DNA of 43,119 nt from an uncultured Caldithrix sp. (GTDB lineage Bacteria > Calditrichota > Calditrichia > RBG-13-44-9): the NCBI GenBank assembly GCA_964394475.1, contig CAYMXZ010000002.1:1-43119 (forward strand), written 5' to 3'. Of the stretch, positions 9,977 through 17,400 are shown in pieces. A program made the translations under genes and the position numbers. How positions within the stretch are numbered: position 1 is the first letter of the stretch; every line of letters begins with the position of its first letter. The notes under the pieces were generated by a model, which worked only from the letters and a program-made list of their open reading frames with translations, was not told the DNA's origin and ran no database searches.

Positions 9977-10045
9977 GACCTGAAAAGGTCAAAAACCTCC
10001 CTCCCAACTCCGCAGGGGACACGTTCAGTGTCCCCTGTTTTATTT
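9977..10045 (+). ncRNA. Candidate ~70-nt small RNA or leader with a C-rich single-stranded segment (CCUCCCUCCC) between two hairpins
   Basis: Lies between the candidate promoter and a strong intrinsic terminator. Small hairpin GACC-ugaaaa-GGUC at 9977-9990. C-rich tract aaaaaCCUCCCUCCCaacuccg at 9991-10012. Terminator hairpin at 10013-10037. There is no ORF here. Confidence 0.3.
10013..10045 (+). terminator. Rho-independent terminator
   Basis: Perfect 10-bp stem CAGGGGACAC / GUGUCCCCUG with the 5-nt loop guuca, followed by UUUUAUUU. Confidence 0.8.
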
Positions 10046-10144
10046 CTCTCTGTTTCCAGTAAAATTTTTAGTAACCTTTAAAATTTTTTTTTTATTTAAA
10101 TTTACAATTATATTAAAAGGTAGTTTTTTCGTTGAGGCATTGAG

Positions 10145-11554
10145 ATGAAAATCGTTTCCAAAATCGTTCTGCTCACTTTTATGATCGTATCACAAAATAT
10201 CGGTCAATCATTCATACCTCTGACCGTAGAATACGCTCTTTTTCGAGCTTCTGAAAATCAAAGCTATCTGGAAGTATACCTGTCATTTTATGAAAATAAT
10301 CTGAAATATATCCAACAGAATGACCGCTTTATCGCTGAATACCTCGCTACCGCTGAAGTGATACAAAACGATAGTGTGGTCGATCGAAGATTCGACCGAA
10401 GGATAAGCGCCATCGATACCGCCAATGCCCCTACGACTATGCGGCAATTTTTAAATCTGTTTAAATTTTATCTGGAACCCGGATCGTATGCCGTTCGTAT
10501 CCGGGTACAGGATCAACATTCCAGTGGAAGTGGTGAATATCTTTTCGATTTAACTGTTCCACCCTTCGGCTCTGATCATCTGACAATGAGCAGCATCCAG
10601 TTGTGCAGTAAAATAAATCCTGCCAGCGGTGAGAATGAATTCGAAAAAAATTCGTTCATCACTGTTCCGAATCCGGAAAATCTGTTTAGTATTTCACAAC
10701 CAGTGCTCTATTATTATGCCGAGTTATATAATTTACAATATGATACTGCTCAGCCAGGCACCTACTTAATCCACACCACGATTACGGATCTGCAGGGAAA
10801 TATTGTGAAAGATTACCCGGTAAAAAGTTATAAAAAACCGGGATCATCAGCCGTGGTGGTCGGTGGGTATAATATCGTTACATTGTCGCCGGCCAATTAT
10901 TACCTGAATATGGAAATCAAAGATGAGCAGACCCAAGCCACGATTCGAGGTTCAAAAAAATTCTCATTTTATAAACCCACCGAACGCGATTTACAGACAA
11001 CCGATTCCGCATTTGCATCGAGCCGTACACCACTCGGTGAAAATGAGTATCTCAGTTATAGCGAAAAAGAACTTGACAAAGAATTTGCTCAGGCCGAATA
11101 CATCTCCACCAGGGAGGAACGACAAACCTATAAAAACCTGAATCTGGAAGGAAAGCGAATATTTCTGGCGAAATTCTGGAAGAAACATGATAGTAATCCT
11201 CAAACCGAAGTCAACGAATTCAGAAAACAGTATCTGGAATTAGTTAATTATGCCAACCAGAATTATGGTGCCATGCGAAAAGAGGGGTGGAAGACCGATC
11301 GAGGTCGGGTTCTATTAACCTATGGTATGCCCAGTGAAATCGAAAGATATTATATGGAAATGGATAAGAAACCTCATGAAATCTGGCATTATCAGCAGTT
11401 AGAAGGAGGAGTGATTTTCGTTTTTGCTGACATTTCAGGGTTCGGAGAATTTGATCTTCTGCACTCTACTTTTAGCCGCGAACTTCAACAACCCAACTGG
11501 GAGAGATTAGTCACTAAAACACCGGGAAGTCTGCAAGAGGATCAGCAGTTCTAA
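10145..11554 (+). CDS. GWxTD domain-containing protein (secreted)
   Basis: Signal peptide MKIVSKIVLLTFMIVSQNIGQ. C-terminal signature EGWKTDRGRVLLTYGMPSEIERY...PHEIWHYQQLEGGVIFVFADISGFGEFDLLHS matches the GWxTD domain family. GAGG lies 8 nt upstream of the ATG. Confidence 0.85.
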   Translation: MKIVSKIVLLTFMIVSQNIGQSFIPLTVEYALFRASENQSYLEVYLSFYENNLKYIQQNDRFIAEYLATAEVIQNDSVVDRRFDRRISAIDTANAPTTMRQFLNLFKFYLEPGSYAVRIRVQDQHSSGSGEYLFDLTVPPFGSDHLTMSSIQLCSKINPASGENEFEKNSFITVPNPENLFSISQPVLYYYAELYNLQYDTAQPGTYLIHTTITDLQGNIVKDYPVKSYKKPGSSAVVVGGYNIVTLSPANYYLNMEIKDEQTQATIRGSKKFSFYKPTERDLQTTDSAFASSRTPLGENEYLSYSEKELDKEFAQAEYISTREERQTYKNLNLEGKRIFLAKFWKKHDSNPQTEVNEFRKQYLELVNYANQNYGAMRKEGWKTDRGRVLLTYGMPSEIERYYMEMDKKPHEIWHYQQLEGGVIFVFADISGFGEFDLLHSTFSRELQQPNWERLVTKTPGSLQEDQQF

Positions 11555-11590
11555 GGGAGAGTATCAGGAAAAAACGATTCAGGATTTTAT

Positions 11591-12559
11591 TCAAACTTTA
11601 AGAGCGGAGCTCGATTTACACTCTTCCTGCGGAAGATCGTCGGCTTCTCGATCCAGCCCGCAATAATCTGCCCTCACATAACAACTCCGATAATCGGCTA
11701 TGCCTTTCAGGCAAATCAGGCGGCGATTCGAATAGGTATGATGATCCTTATGATACTCCACATCCACTAACGATCCATAAGGACATTGCAGGCAACCTTC
11801 CGGTTGAACGGTAAACTCAGTGGCAGTCTCACGGGCCAATTGAGTGAAGGAATCATTCCAATCGAGCGGAATACCCTTCTGCAAAACCTCCGTTCTTCTA
11901 ATCCGCGACAGGATCAATCGTCCGTGATCAACCTTTAAATCAGCCACGCCTTCCAGGAAGGTACCACTGCCTAAATCCAGCTGCTTTAAATGATTGGCTG
12001 AAATTAATCCATAGATTGGATCTTCAAAATGCAGGCGATCCAGAAAAATTTCCTTAAAAACCAGAATAAACCCTTTGAAGGAAAGAAATTGGGTCTGGGG
12101 ATAGACCTTCTTGACAAAATGAGGTTTTATATTTTCGATTTTACCAGAAAATTCCAGAGCCTTAAATTGATGTTCCTGCAGCCAATCCTCAAAATCATCC
12201 AGCTCATGGCGGAATTGGCGATATTCTTCCTGACTAATCTGCAGTTGAGGATAATTATGAATCTTTTCCTCATAAAAATCGCGACAACCAAAACACTTTC
12301 TACCGACATGGGAATATCCGCGATAACAGGTTTTCTTTTTATTCAATTGTTTGCAGCGCCAGCGAAAATAAATGCAACCATCAGGATAACAGGCTTTTTC
12401 CTTCAGAATATGATATACTGAAATTTTATTTTTAAAATTCTGATGGGATTCATGGATGCAACGGAAAATCTGCGTGTTTTTATATAAATTCTTCATCGTT
12501 CGCCCCCACTGAAAAATAGGAAAAAAAATCCCTGATTCATAGAGAGATTTTATCATCAA
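11591..12559 (-). CDS. Cysteine-rich hypothetical protein (13 Cys clustered at both ends)
   Basis: Long intact ORF. N-terminal cluster CYPDGCIYFRWRCKQLNKKKTCYRGYSHVGRKCFGC. C-terminal cluster EGCLQCPYG...LICLKG...SCYVRADYCG...EECK. I recognise no family. The first codon is TTG, with an ATG one codon later at 12556. Confidence 0.6.
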   Translation of the reverse strand: MMIKSLYESGIFFPIFQWGRTMKNLYKNTQIFRCIHESHQNFKNKISVYHILKEKACYPDGCIYFRWRCKQLNKKKTCYRGYSHVGRKCFGCRDFYEEKIHNYPQLQISQEEYRQFRHELDDFEDWLQEHQFKALEFSGKIENIKPHFVKKVYPQTQFLSFKGFILVFKEIFLDRLHFEDPIYGLISANHLKQLDLGSGTFLEGVADLKVDHGRLILSRIRRTEVLQKGIPLDWNDSFTQLARETATEFTVQPEGCLQCPYGSLVDVEYHKDHHTYSNRRLICLKGIADYRSCYVRADYCGLDREADDLPQEECKSSSALKV

Positions 12560-12656
12560 TCATAATATCCTGTTGACACTTTCACCATTTTTCGTTAGTT
12601 TAATTTAGCAACATCATTCAAATAGATTTGGCGAAATAAGAGAAGCTTAAAATCAA

Positions 12657-13301
12657 ATGGAAATAGCTGCTTTAATCATCAGCGCCGGATTTTCCAGACG
12701 AATGCAAAGTTTCAAACCCCTTCTGACCTACGAGGGGGTACCTTTCATTATTTCTATTATTTTTAAATTATATTCTCATCTGAAAAAAATTTATATTGTC
12801 ACCGGTTATCGAAGGGAAGATATCGAAGAGACACTTCACCAATGGTTAAATCGTCAGCCAGAACCAACATTTCTACAAGCCCACCACCTTCTGGAAAGCG
12901 AATGGAACTCATTGAAAGATCACGTCCATTGTGTTTATAATGCCGAATATGATCAAGGAATGTTCTCTTCGCTACAAAAAGGGTTGTCCCATTGTCACGA
13001 TAACAATTGGGTTCTGTATCACTTTGTCGATCAGCCCCATATTCCTCGCTCCTTTTACGGTTTATTTCTGCATCAAATCTCACCCGACTATAACTGGATT
13101 CAACCCTGCTATCAACATAAAAAAGCTCACCCGTTGCTTTTACATCGATCGCTGTTTCCTCTTATCCTGCAGGAGAGAAATACTTCTTCACTCCAGGCAA
13201 TATCCCAACATCCCCTGGTGAAGAAAAAGCTGTGGGAATGCCAGTATCCACAAGTTTTACAGGATTTTGATTCACCGTCAGATTATCAATCAGGAGAATA
13301 G
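12657..13301 (+). CDS. MobA/MocA-like nucleotidyltransferase (molybdenum cofactor cytidylyl/guanylyl-transferase family)
   Basis: The N-terminal motif AALIISAGFSRRMQSFKPLL matches the LAAGxSxRMGxxKxLL signature of NTP_transf_3 / MocA-type enzymes. It sits next to an XdhC-family gene. Confidence 0.7.
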   Translation: MEIAALIISAGFSRRMQSFKPLLTYEGVPFIISIIFKLYSHLKKIYIVTGYRREDIEETLHQWLNRQPEPTFLQAHHLLESEWNSLKDHVHCVYNAEYDQGMFSSLQKGLSHCHDNNWVLYHFVDQPHIPRSFYGLFLHQISPDYNWIQPCYQHKKAHPLLLHRSLFPLILQERNTSSLQAISQHPLVKKKLWECQYPQVLQDFDSPSDYQSGE

Positions 13302-13307
13302 TTTGGT

Positions 13308-14138
13308 ATGGAAATTTGTAATCAGATGGCAAATCTGGTAAAGGAAAATCAACCGTTTGTTCTTGCTACCATCGTCAAAACAGAGGGGTCGGTTCCGGGA
13401 AAGATTGGTTTTAAACTGCTTTATCACTCCTCTGGAAAAATTACCGGCACAGTGGGAGGCGGAGCATTGGAGAAGGAGGTCATTACGGAATGTGAAAAGC
13501 GATTGATGAAGAACATTTCCGGCACCAAAGAGTATCTCTTGACTGACAAACCCTCAGCTGGTAAAAAGACTGAAGATGTTACGGTTATTCCGATGATGTG
13601 TCAGGGTCGGGTCTGGATCTACTATGAGGTGTATCAAACGAGTCCGACTGTTTATATATTCGGTGGGGGTCATGTAGGTCAAGCGCTTTCCTATTTTCTG
13701 GCAAAATTAAATTTTCGGATCATCCTGATCGACAATCGTCCAGAATTCGCCAATTCTGAGAGAAATCCTTACGCCCACCAGATTGTTCTGGAGGATTATC
13801 TTAAGTTTTGTCAGGAATTTCAACCACCTCCCCAATCATTCGTGGTGGTCGTTACTCATGGCCATCAATTCGACTATGAGATTGTGAAGATTATTTATTC
13901 ACGACAGCTTCATGTAAACTATGTGGGAGTCATCGCATCAATTTCCAAGGCCAAACAACTAAAAAAGCAACTGCTCAGCGAAATGGGGCAAACGTTTAAT
14001 CCGGTAAATTTATACACCCCGATTGGCCTGGATCTTGGAGGATCAACAGAAAGTGAGATCGCGCTAAGCATTGCCGCCGAAATTCAAGCGGTTTTTCATA
14101 ATAAAAATCTTGTTCATCTGCGACAAATGAGTGAATAG
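13308..14138 (+). CDS. XdhC/CoxI family molybdoenzyme maturation accessory protein
   Basis: N-terminal XdhC_CoxI-like segment (QPFVLATIVKTEGSVPGKIGFKLL...GTVGGGALE). C-terminal Rossmann-like XdhC_C segment (VYIFGGGHVGQALSYFLAKLNFRIILIDNRPEF...VVVVTHGHQFDYEI). Confidence 0.8.
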   Translation: MEICNQMANLVKENQPFVLATIVKTEGSVPGKIGFKLLYHSSGKITGTVGGGALEKEVITECEKRLMKNISGTKEYLLTDKPSAGKKTEDVTVIPMMCQGRVWIYYEVYQTSPTVYIFGGGHVGQALSYFLAKLNFRIILIDNRPEFANSERNPYAHQIVLEDYLKFCQEFQPPPQSFVVVVTHGHQFDYEIVKIIYSRQLHVNYVGVIASISKAKQLKKQLLSEMGQTFNPVNLYTPIGLDLGGSTESEIALSIAAEIQAVFHNKNLVHLRQMSE

Positions 14139-14200
14139 TTATAAAAAAAGCGCACTTCCCCAAAATCTGTATACATAAAAATATCATTTGAGTGCACTTT
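14139..14200. terminator. Long-loop hairpin with a flanking T-tract between convergent genes (possible bidirectional terminator)
   Basis: AAAGCGCACT (14147-14156) pairs with AGTGCACTTT (14191-14200). That is 9/10 bp on the plus strand. On the minus strand it is 10/10 with one G-U pair, and UUUUUUAUA follows. The 34-nt loop is larger than in classical terminators. Confidence 0.3.
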
Positions 14201-14472
14201 CGTTTAAATTCGCATAACGGTGATCGATTTTAATCAATAGAAAATTAGCTCCTTACTTCTTTTCCCATTGAAATGATTTCACCTTTTATCTGTCAAAATG
14301 ATTACCAGATTAATCACTTACAATTTTTTCTGGCCATCAATGATGACTGAGATAAAAAAGATTTTTCGATGAACCAGGCTTTATTATTTCGGGTAGGATC
14401 TGAGAATAATCTTTATGAATTTCCCAACTCTCTGACAGCCTCGGTCTGCTCCGCTATACGATACAATTTAGT

Positions 14473-17109
14473 TTATAAAGAAAACCAATAATTCAACTTT
14501 ATCAAATAAATATTGTTGGGGTGTGCTTTGAATAAATCTCTGGTATCACGTTGAAGGGAGAAATCCCCAAATTCATCTTCCACCGTAAGTCCTTGTGACC
14601 ATACCAGGTAGAGAATTGAACCGGGTCGATATTCCCAACGGACAACCAGGTTGGAACGGAATTGTTTGAAGTTAAAATCGGGATATTCAAAGGAATAATC
14701 GGGATCGCCATTCCCATCTTCATCAATGAGATATATTCTATTTTCAGAATCAGCGCTTATCTCATCGGAAGTAAAAAGATGAAATCTATCCTCATAACGG
14801 AAGGCTCGGGGATTCGTCACCCGCTTATAGTTGTTGTAAGATCCAGCAGAAATAAATGGTTGTCCATAATACTGGATACTGAGCTCTGGAGAAAGGCTAT
14901 AGTTTAGACGTAACTCCATTCCGACGGTATGCTGAATTAATTTGGCCAGAATATAGCGGTCTTCCCCATTTTTATCCACGGTATCCACATATTGTAAATT
15001 ATCCTTATTGAACATGTAGAATGGACTCAAAGAAATATTGAACCGGTGTGAGGGTTTAAGAAAGAGATTGAGACTAAGCCGATGAAAACGAGAAATTTTA
15101 TCATCATCGATAAAATTATTTCCTCTAATTCGAAATTGCCATGGTTTACGAGAGTCACTATAGATCTGATACCAATTATTCCAGCCACCTTCCTGGCGGG
15201 AGGCGGGGCCGCCTCTTAAAAAATAGATCGATAAGCCATCTTCTTCTCGACCGATACCTGTAAAAAATCCCCAGTAATTTTTAAACTGGCCACCTCCATT
15301 AATATTTCCACCCGTATAAAGTTTTTCAAGTCCAAAATTCCATCCATTCCATTGATTGGCGTTGAATTCAAATTGGCGGAATATCCAGGTTGGATTCACC
15401 ATCCGGTAGCCAATCCAGGTAAACTGCAATATTTGATCGGCTCGTTGTAAATAGCCAACATCATTCAATTCAAACCCGGGAGAACGCCATACTCCACCCA
15501 CCACATAACGAAGTCTACCGTTACCTTGTTTACCAATATCGAATGATCCCCCGTGCCCACTCAGACTGGTACGATGGGGATCAAGGTTTAGATAATTTGC
15601 GTCTGGACGTTGAAAATAACGAGCAGAAGCAGTTTGAACTTCATAAATAGCATCCGGATGCCCTCTGACATGGCTGGCCGCTAATTTCAAATCGACAAAA
15701 TAGGTTTTCTCCTCCCACTGATGGGTAAAATCAAATCCAGCTGTATAAGCCGAGCGATTAATGTTATTCAAATAATTCTGGTTAATATTTCGATTGGTTG
15801 CCGTCAATATCCCCCCTACAAAAGTATTACCTTCCTTAAAATCTCTTTGTAAGCGGCTGACAAAATAGTTCGTGAGGGGTTCAACGACTTCTTTTCTTCG
15901 CATACCCAGCGAATCTATCTGGCCATTTTCCTGAGCAGTTACTGCATCCAGAATTCCCAGCGACCAACCATGAGCCGTTTTTCCGCTGATTTTTGCCGCC
16001 CCCAGGATAGAAGTCTGTGCCGGAGAATCAAGATATTCGTCATCGCTCAGGTCAGGCTCATGCTGTGGAACGCGACCGATTCGGCGAGAATAGAACAATG
16101 TCTCCCGAGCAAAATCTCCATCTCCTATTCCTAAAGGGAATTGAAATATATTTTTCCCTTCGATAAAAAATGGTCGTTTTTCCTCGAAAAAAGTTTCAAA
16201 AGCCGTCAGGTTTACTTCCGAGGGATCGGCTTCTACCTGCCCAAAATCTGGATTCATTGTAAAATCTGCCGTGATATTACCCGACAATCCAATTTTACCA
16301 TCCATGCCCCCTGTGACTCTGCTTTCACGACCTGTGGAAAAAGGATTTCCGCTTTCCGACTCGTAAGTATGATATTGGGAAACAGCATATGGCAAAATTT
16401 CAACTCTTTTGGGAATGGCAATATTTAAACCTTTCAAATAACCAAAATTCGATACAAAACCTGAAGCATCTTTTGGCATATATTGCCAGACTGAATATTC
16501 CTGTAAGCGGTGAATGTAGCGAAAAATCTCCAATCCCCATACCTGTTCTTTTTTATCTGAAAAACGAAGTTGATTGAAAGGAATTTTCATTTCCGCAACC
16601 CAGCCGTCATCATCGATCGCCGTTGCAACTTCCCATACGGGATCCCAACTTTCATCTACTTCAAAACGGCTGTCGTTTGAGAAGATCCCATCAAATTTTA
16701 CACCGGCAACGTTCACCGCGAATTCGAAAGCAGTGCGGCGGTCAAAGTACGTATCCAGTATAATACCAACGGCATCTGATTGTTCGATCTCATCTCGTCG
16801 GGCAACGAGGGAAATAATTTTCTCGGGTTCAGCATCATAGGCTTTGATTAAAACATAAAGATTTTTGTCATCATAACAAATCTTAAAGTCTGTTTTCTGA
16901 CCGGGATTTGTACCCGGTTGTGGTTCAAATTGAATGAAATCATTTCCACTATAAACATTTTTCCAGACCGTCTCATTGGCCTTTCCATCAATTTCCGGAA
17001 CCTGAGGATTTGCCTTTTTCACCCAGTAGGTTCTCTTCACCAAAAGCGTATCCTGGGCCGATACTACGGAAATAAATATGATCACCGCAGAGACTATCAC
17101 TACTTTCAT
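14473..17109 (-). CDS. DUF5916 / carbohydrate-binding family 9-like outer-membrane protein
   Basis: Signal peptide MKVVIVSAVIIFISVVSAQ. N-terminal CBM9-like signature (VPEIDGKANETVWKNV...FIQFEPQPGTNPGQKTDFKICYDDKNLYVLIKAYD...DRRTAFEFAVNVAGVKFDG...ESWDPVWEVATAIDDDGWVAEMKIPFNQLRF). It is followed by a long beta-rich region that ends in an aromatic residue. Confidence 0.8.
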   Translation of the reverse strand: MKVVIVSAVIIFISVVSAQDTLLVKRTYWVKKANPQVPEIDGKANETVWKNVYSGNDFIQFEPQPGTNPGQKTDFKICYDDKNLYVLIKAYDAEPEKIISLVARRDEIEQSDAVGIILDTYFDRRTAFEFAVNVAGVKFDGIFSNDSRFEVDESWDPVWEVATAIDDDGWVAEMKIPFNQLRFSDKKEQVWGLEIFRYIHRLQEYSVWQYMPKDASGFVSNFGYLKGLNIAIPKRVEILPYAVSQYHTYESESGNPFSTGRESRVTGGMDGKIGLSGNITADFTMNPDFGQVEADPSEVNLTAFETFFEEKRPFFIEGKNIFQFPLGIGDGDFARETLFYSRRIGRVPQHEPDLSDDEYLDSPAQTSILGAAKISGKTAHGWSLGILDAVTAQENGQIDSLGMRRKEVVEPLTNYFVSRLQRDFKEGNTFVGGILTATNRNINQNYLNNINRSAYTAGFDFTHQWEEKTYFVDLKLAASHVRGHPDAIYEVQTASARYFQRPDANYLNLDPHRTSLSGHGGSFDIGKQGNGRLRYVVGGVWRSPGFELNDVGYLQRADQILQFTWIGYRMVNPTWIFRQFEFNANQWNGWNFGLEKLYTGGNINGGGQFKNYWGFFTGIGREEDGLSIYFLRGGPASRQEGGWNNWYQIYSDSRKPWQFRIRGNNFIDDDKISRFHRLSLNLFLKPSHRFNISLSPFYMFNKDNLQYVDTVDKNGEDRYILAKLIQHTVGMELRLNYSLSPELSIQYYGQPFISAGSYNNYKRVTNPRAFRYEDRFHLFTSDEISADSENRIYLIDEDGNGDPDYSFEYPDFNFKQFRSNLVVRWEYRPGSILYLVWSQGLTVEDEFGDFSLQRDTRDLFKAHPNNIYLIKLNYWFSL

Positions 17110-17400
17110 ACAAATCCCATTCTGAATAATAACCTCTTCTACGATCGATCTTCAGCTGAGGTTACATCACAATTAAATTTTGAATAGGGAAAAAAAGACT
17201 AATCCTTAATAAGCACTATAAAATATAATGGAGATTTTTAGAGAACGAAAAGTATTCCTGAATCAACTTAAAGTGAGTGGCAAGTTCTTTTTTCACAAAA
17301 ATTACGAATTGAAGAAAGCAATCGGTAAAAGTAAAGACTCTATTGGTTGTCGTTTTAATAGTAAACGTGAGACGATCTGTCACTCACCAACAGATTTTCC

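Noticed and set aside
12029-12421. 130-aa plus-strand ORF, along with the many other 60-130-aa ORFs nested in or antisense to long genes across the window (e.g. 4461-4664, 7039-7323, 16141-16840, 17766-18273, 21152-21472, 23500-24129, 32409-32696)
   Set aside because: All are embedded in longer ORFs that have recognisable domain content. They lack RBS-like sequences and have compositions typical of off-frame or antisense reading in an AT-rich genome.
12560-12656. Possible Moco riboswitch or defined promoter upstream of the MocA-like gene (TTGACA at 12573-12578)
   Set aside because: The 97-bp spacer is too short and lacks the conserved Moco-motif stems. The TTGACA has no convincing -10 element at 16-18 nt spacing (best is TAGTTT).
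14298-14372. 24-codon ORF MITRLITYNFFWPSMMTEIKKIFR, whose FFWPSM..EIKK string recalls the FYWPxM..D motif upstream of the H2C2 zinc finger of retroelement integrases
   Set aside because: It is far too short. It lacks the H2C2 residues and any flanking integrase, RT or LTR sequence. It is most likely a chance resemblance in AT-rich DNA.
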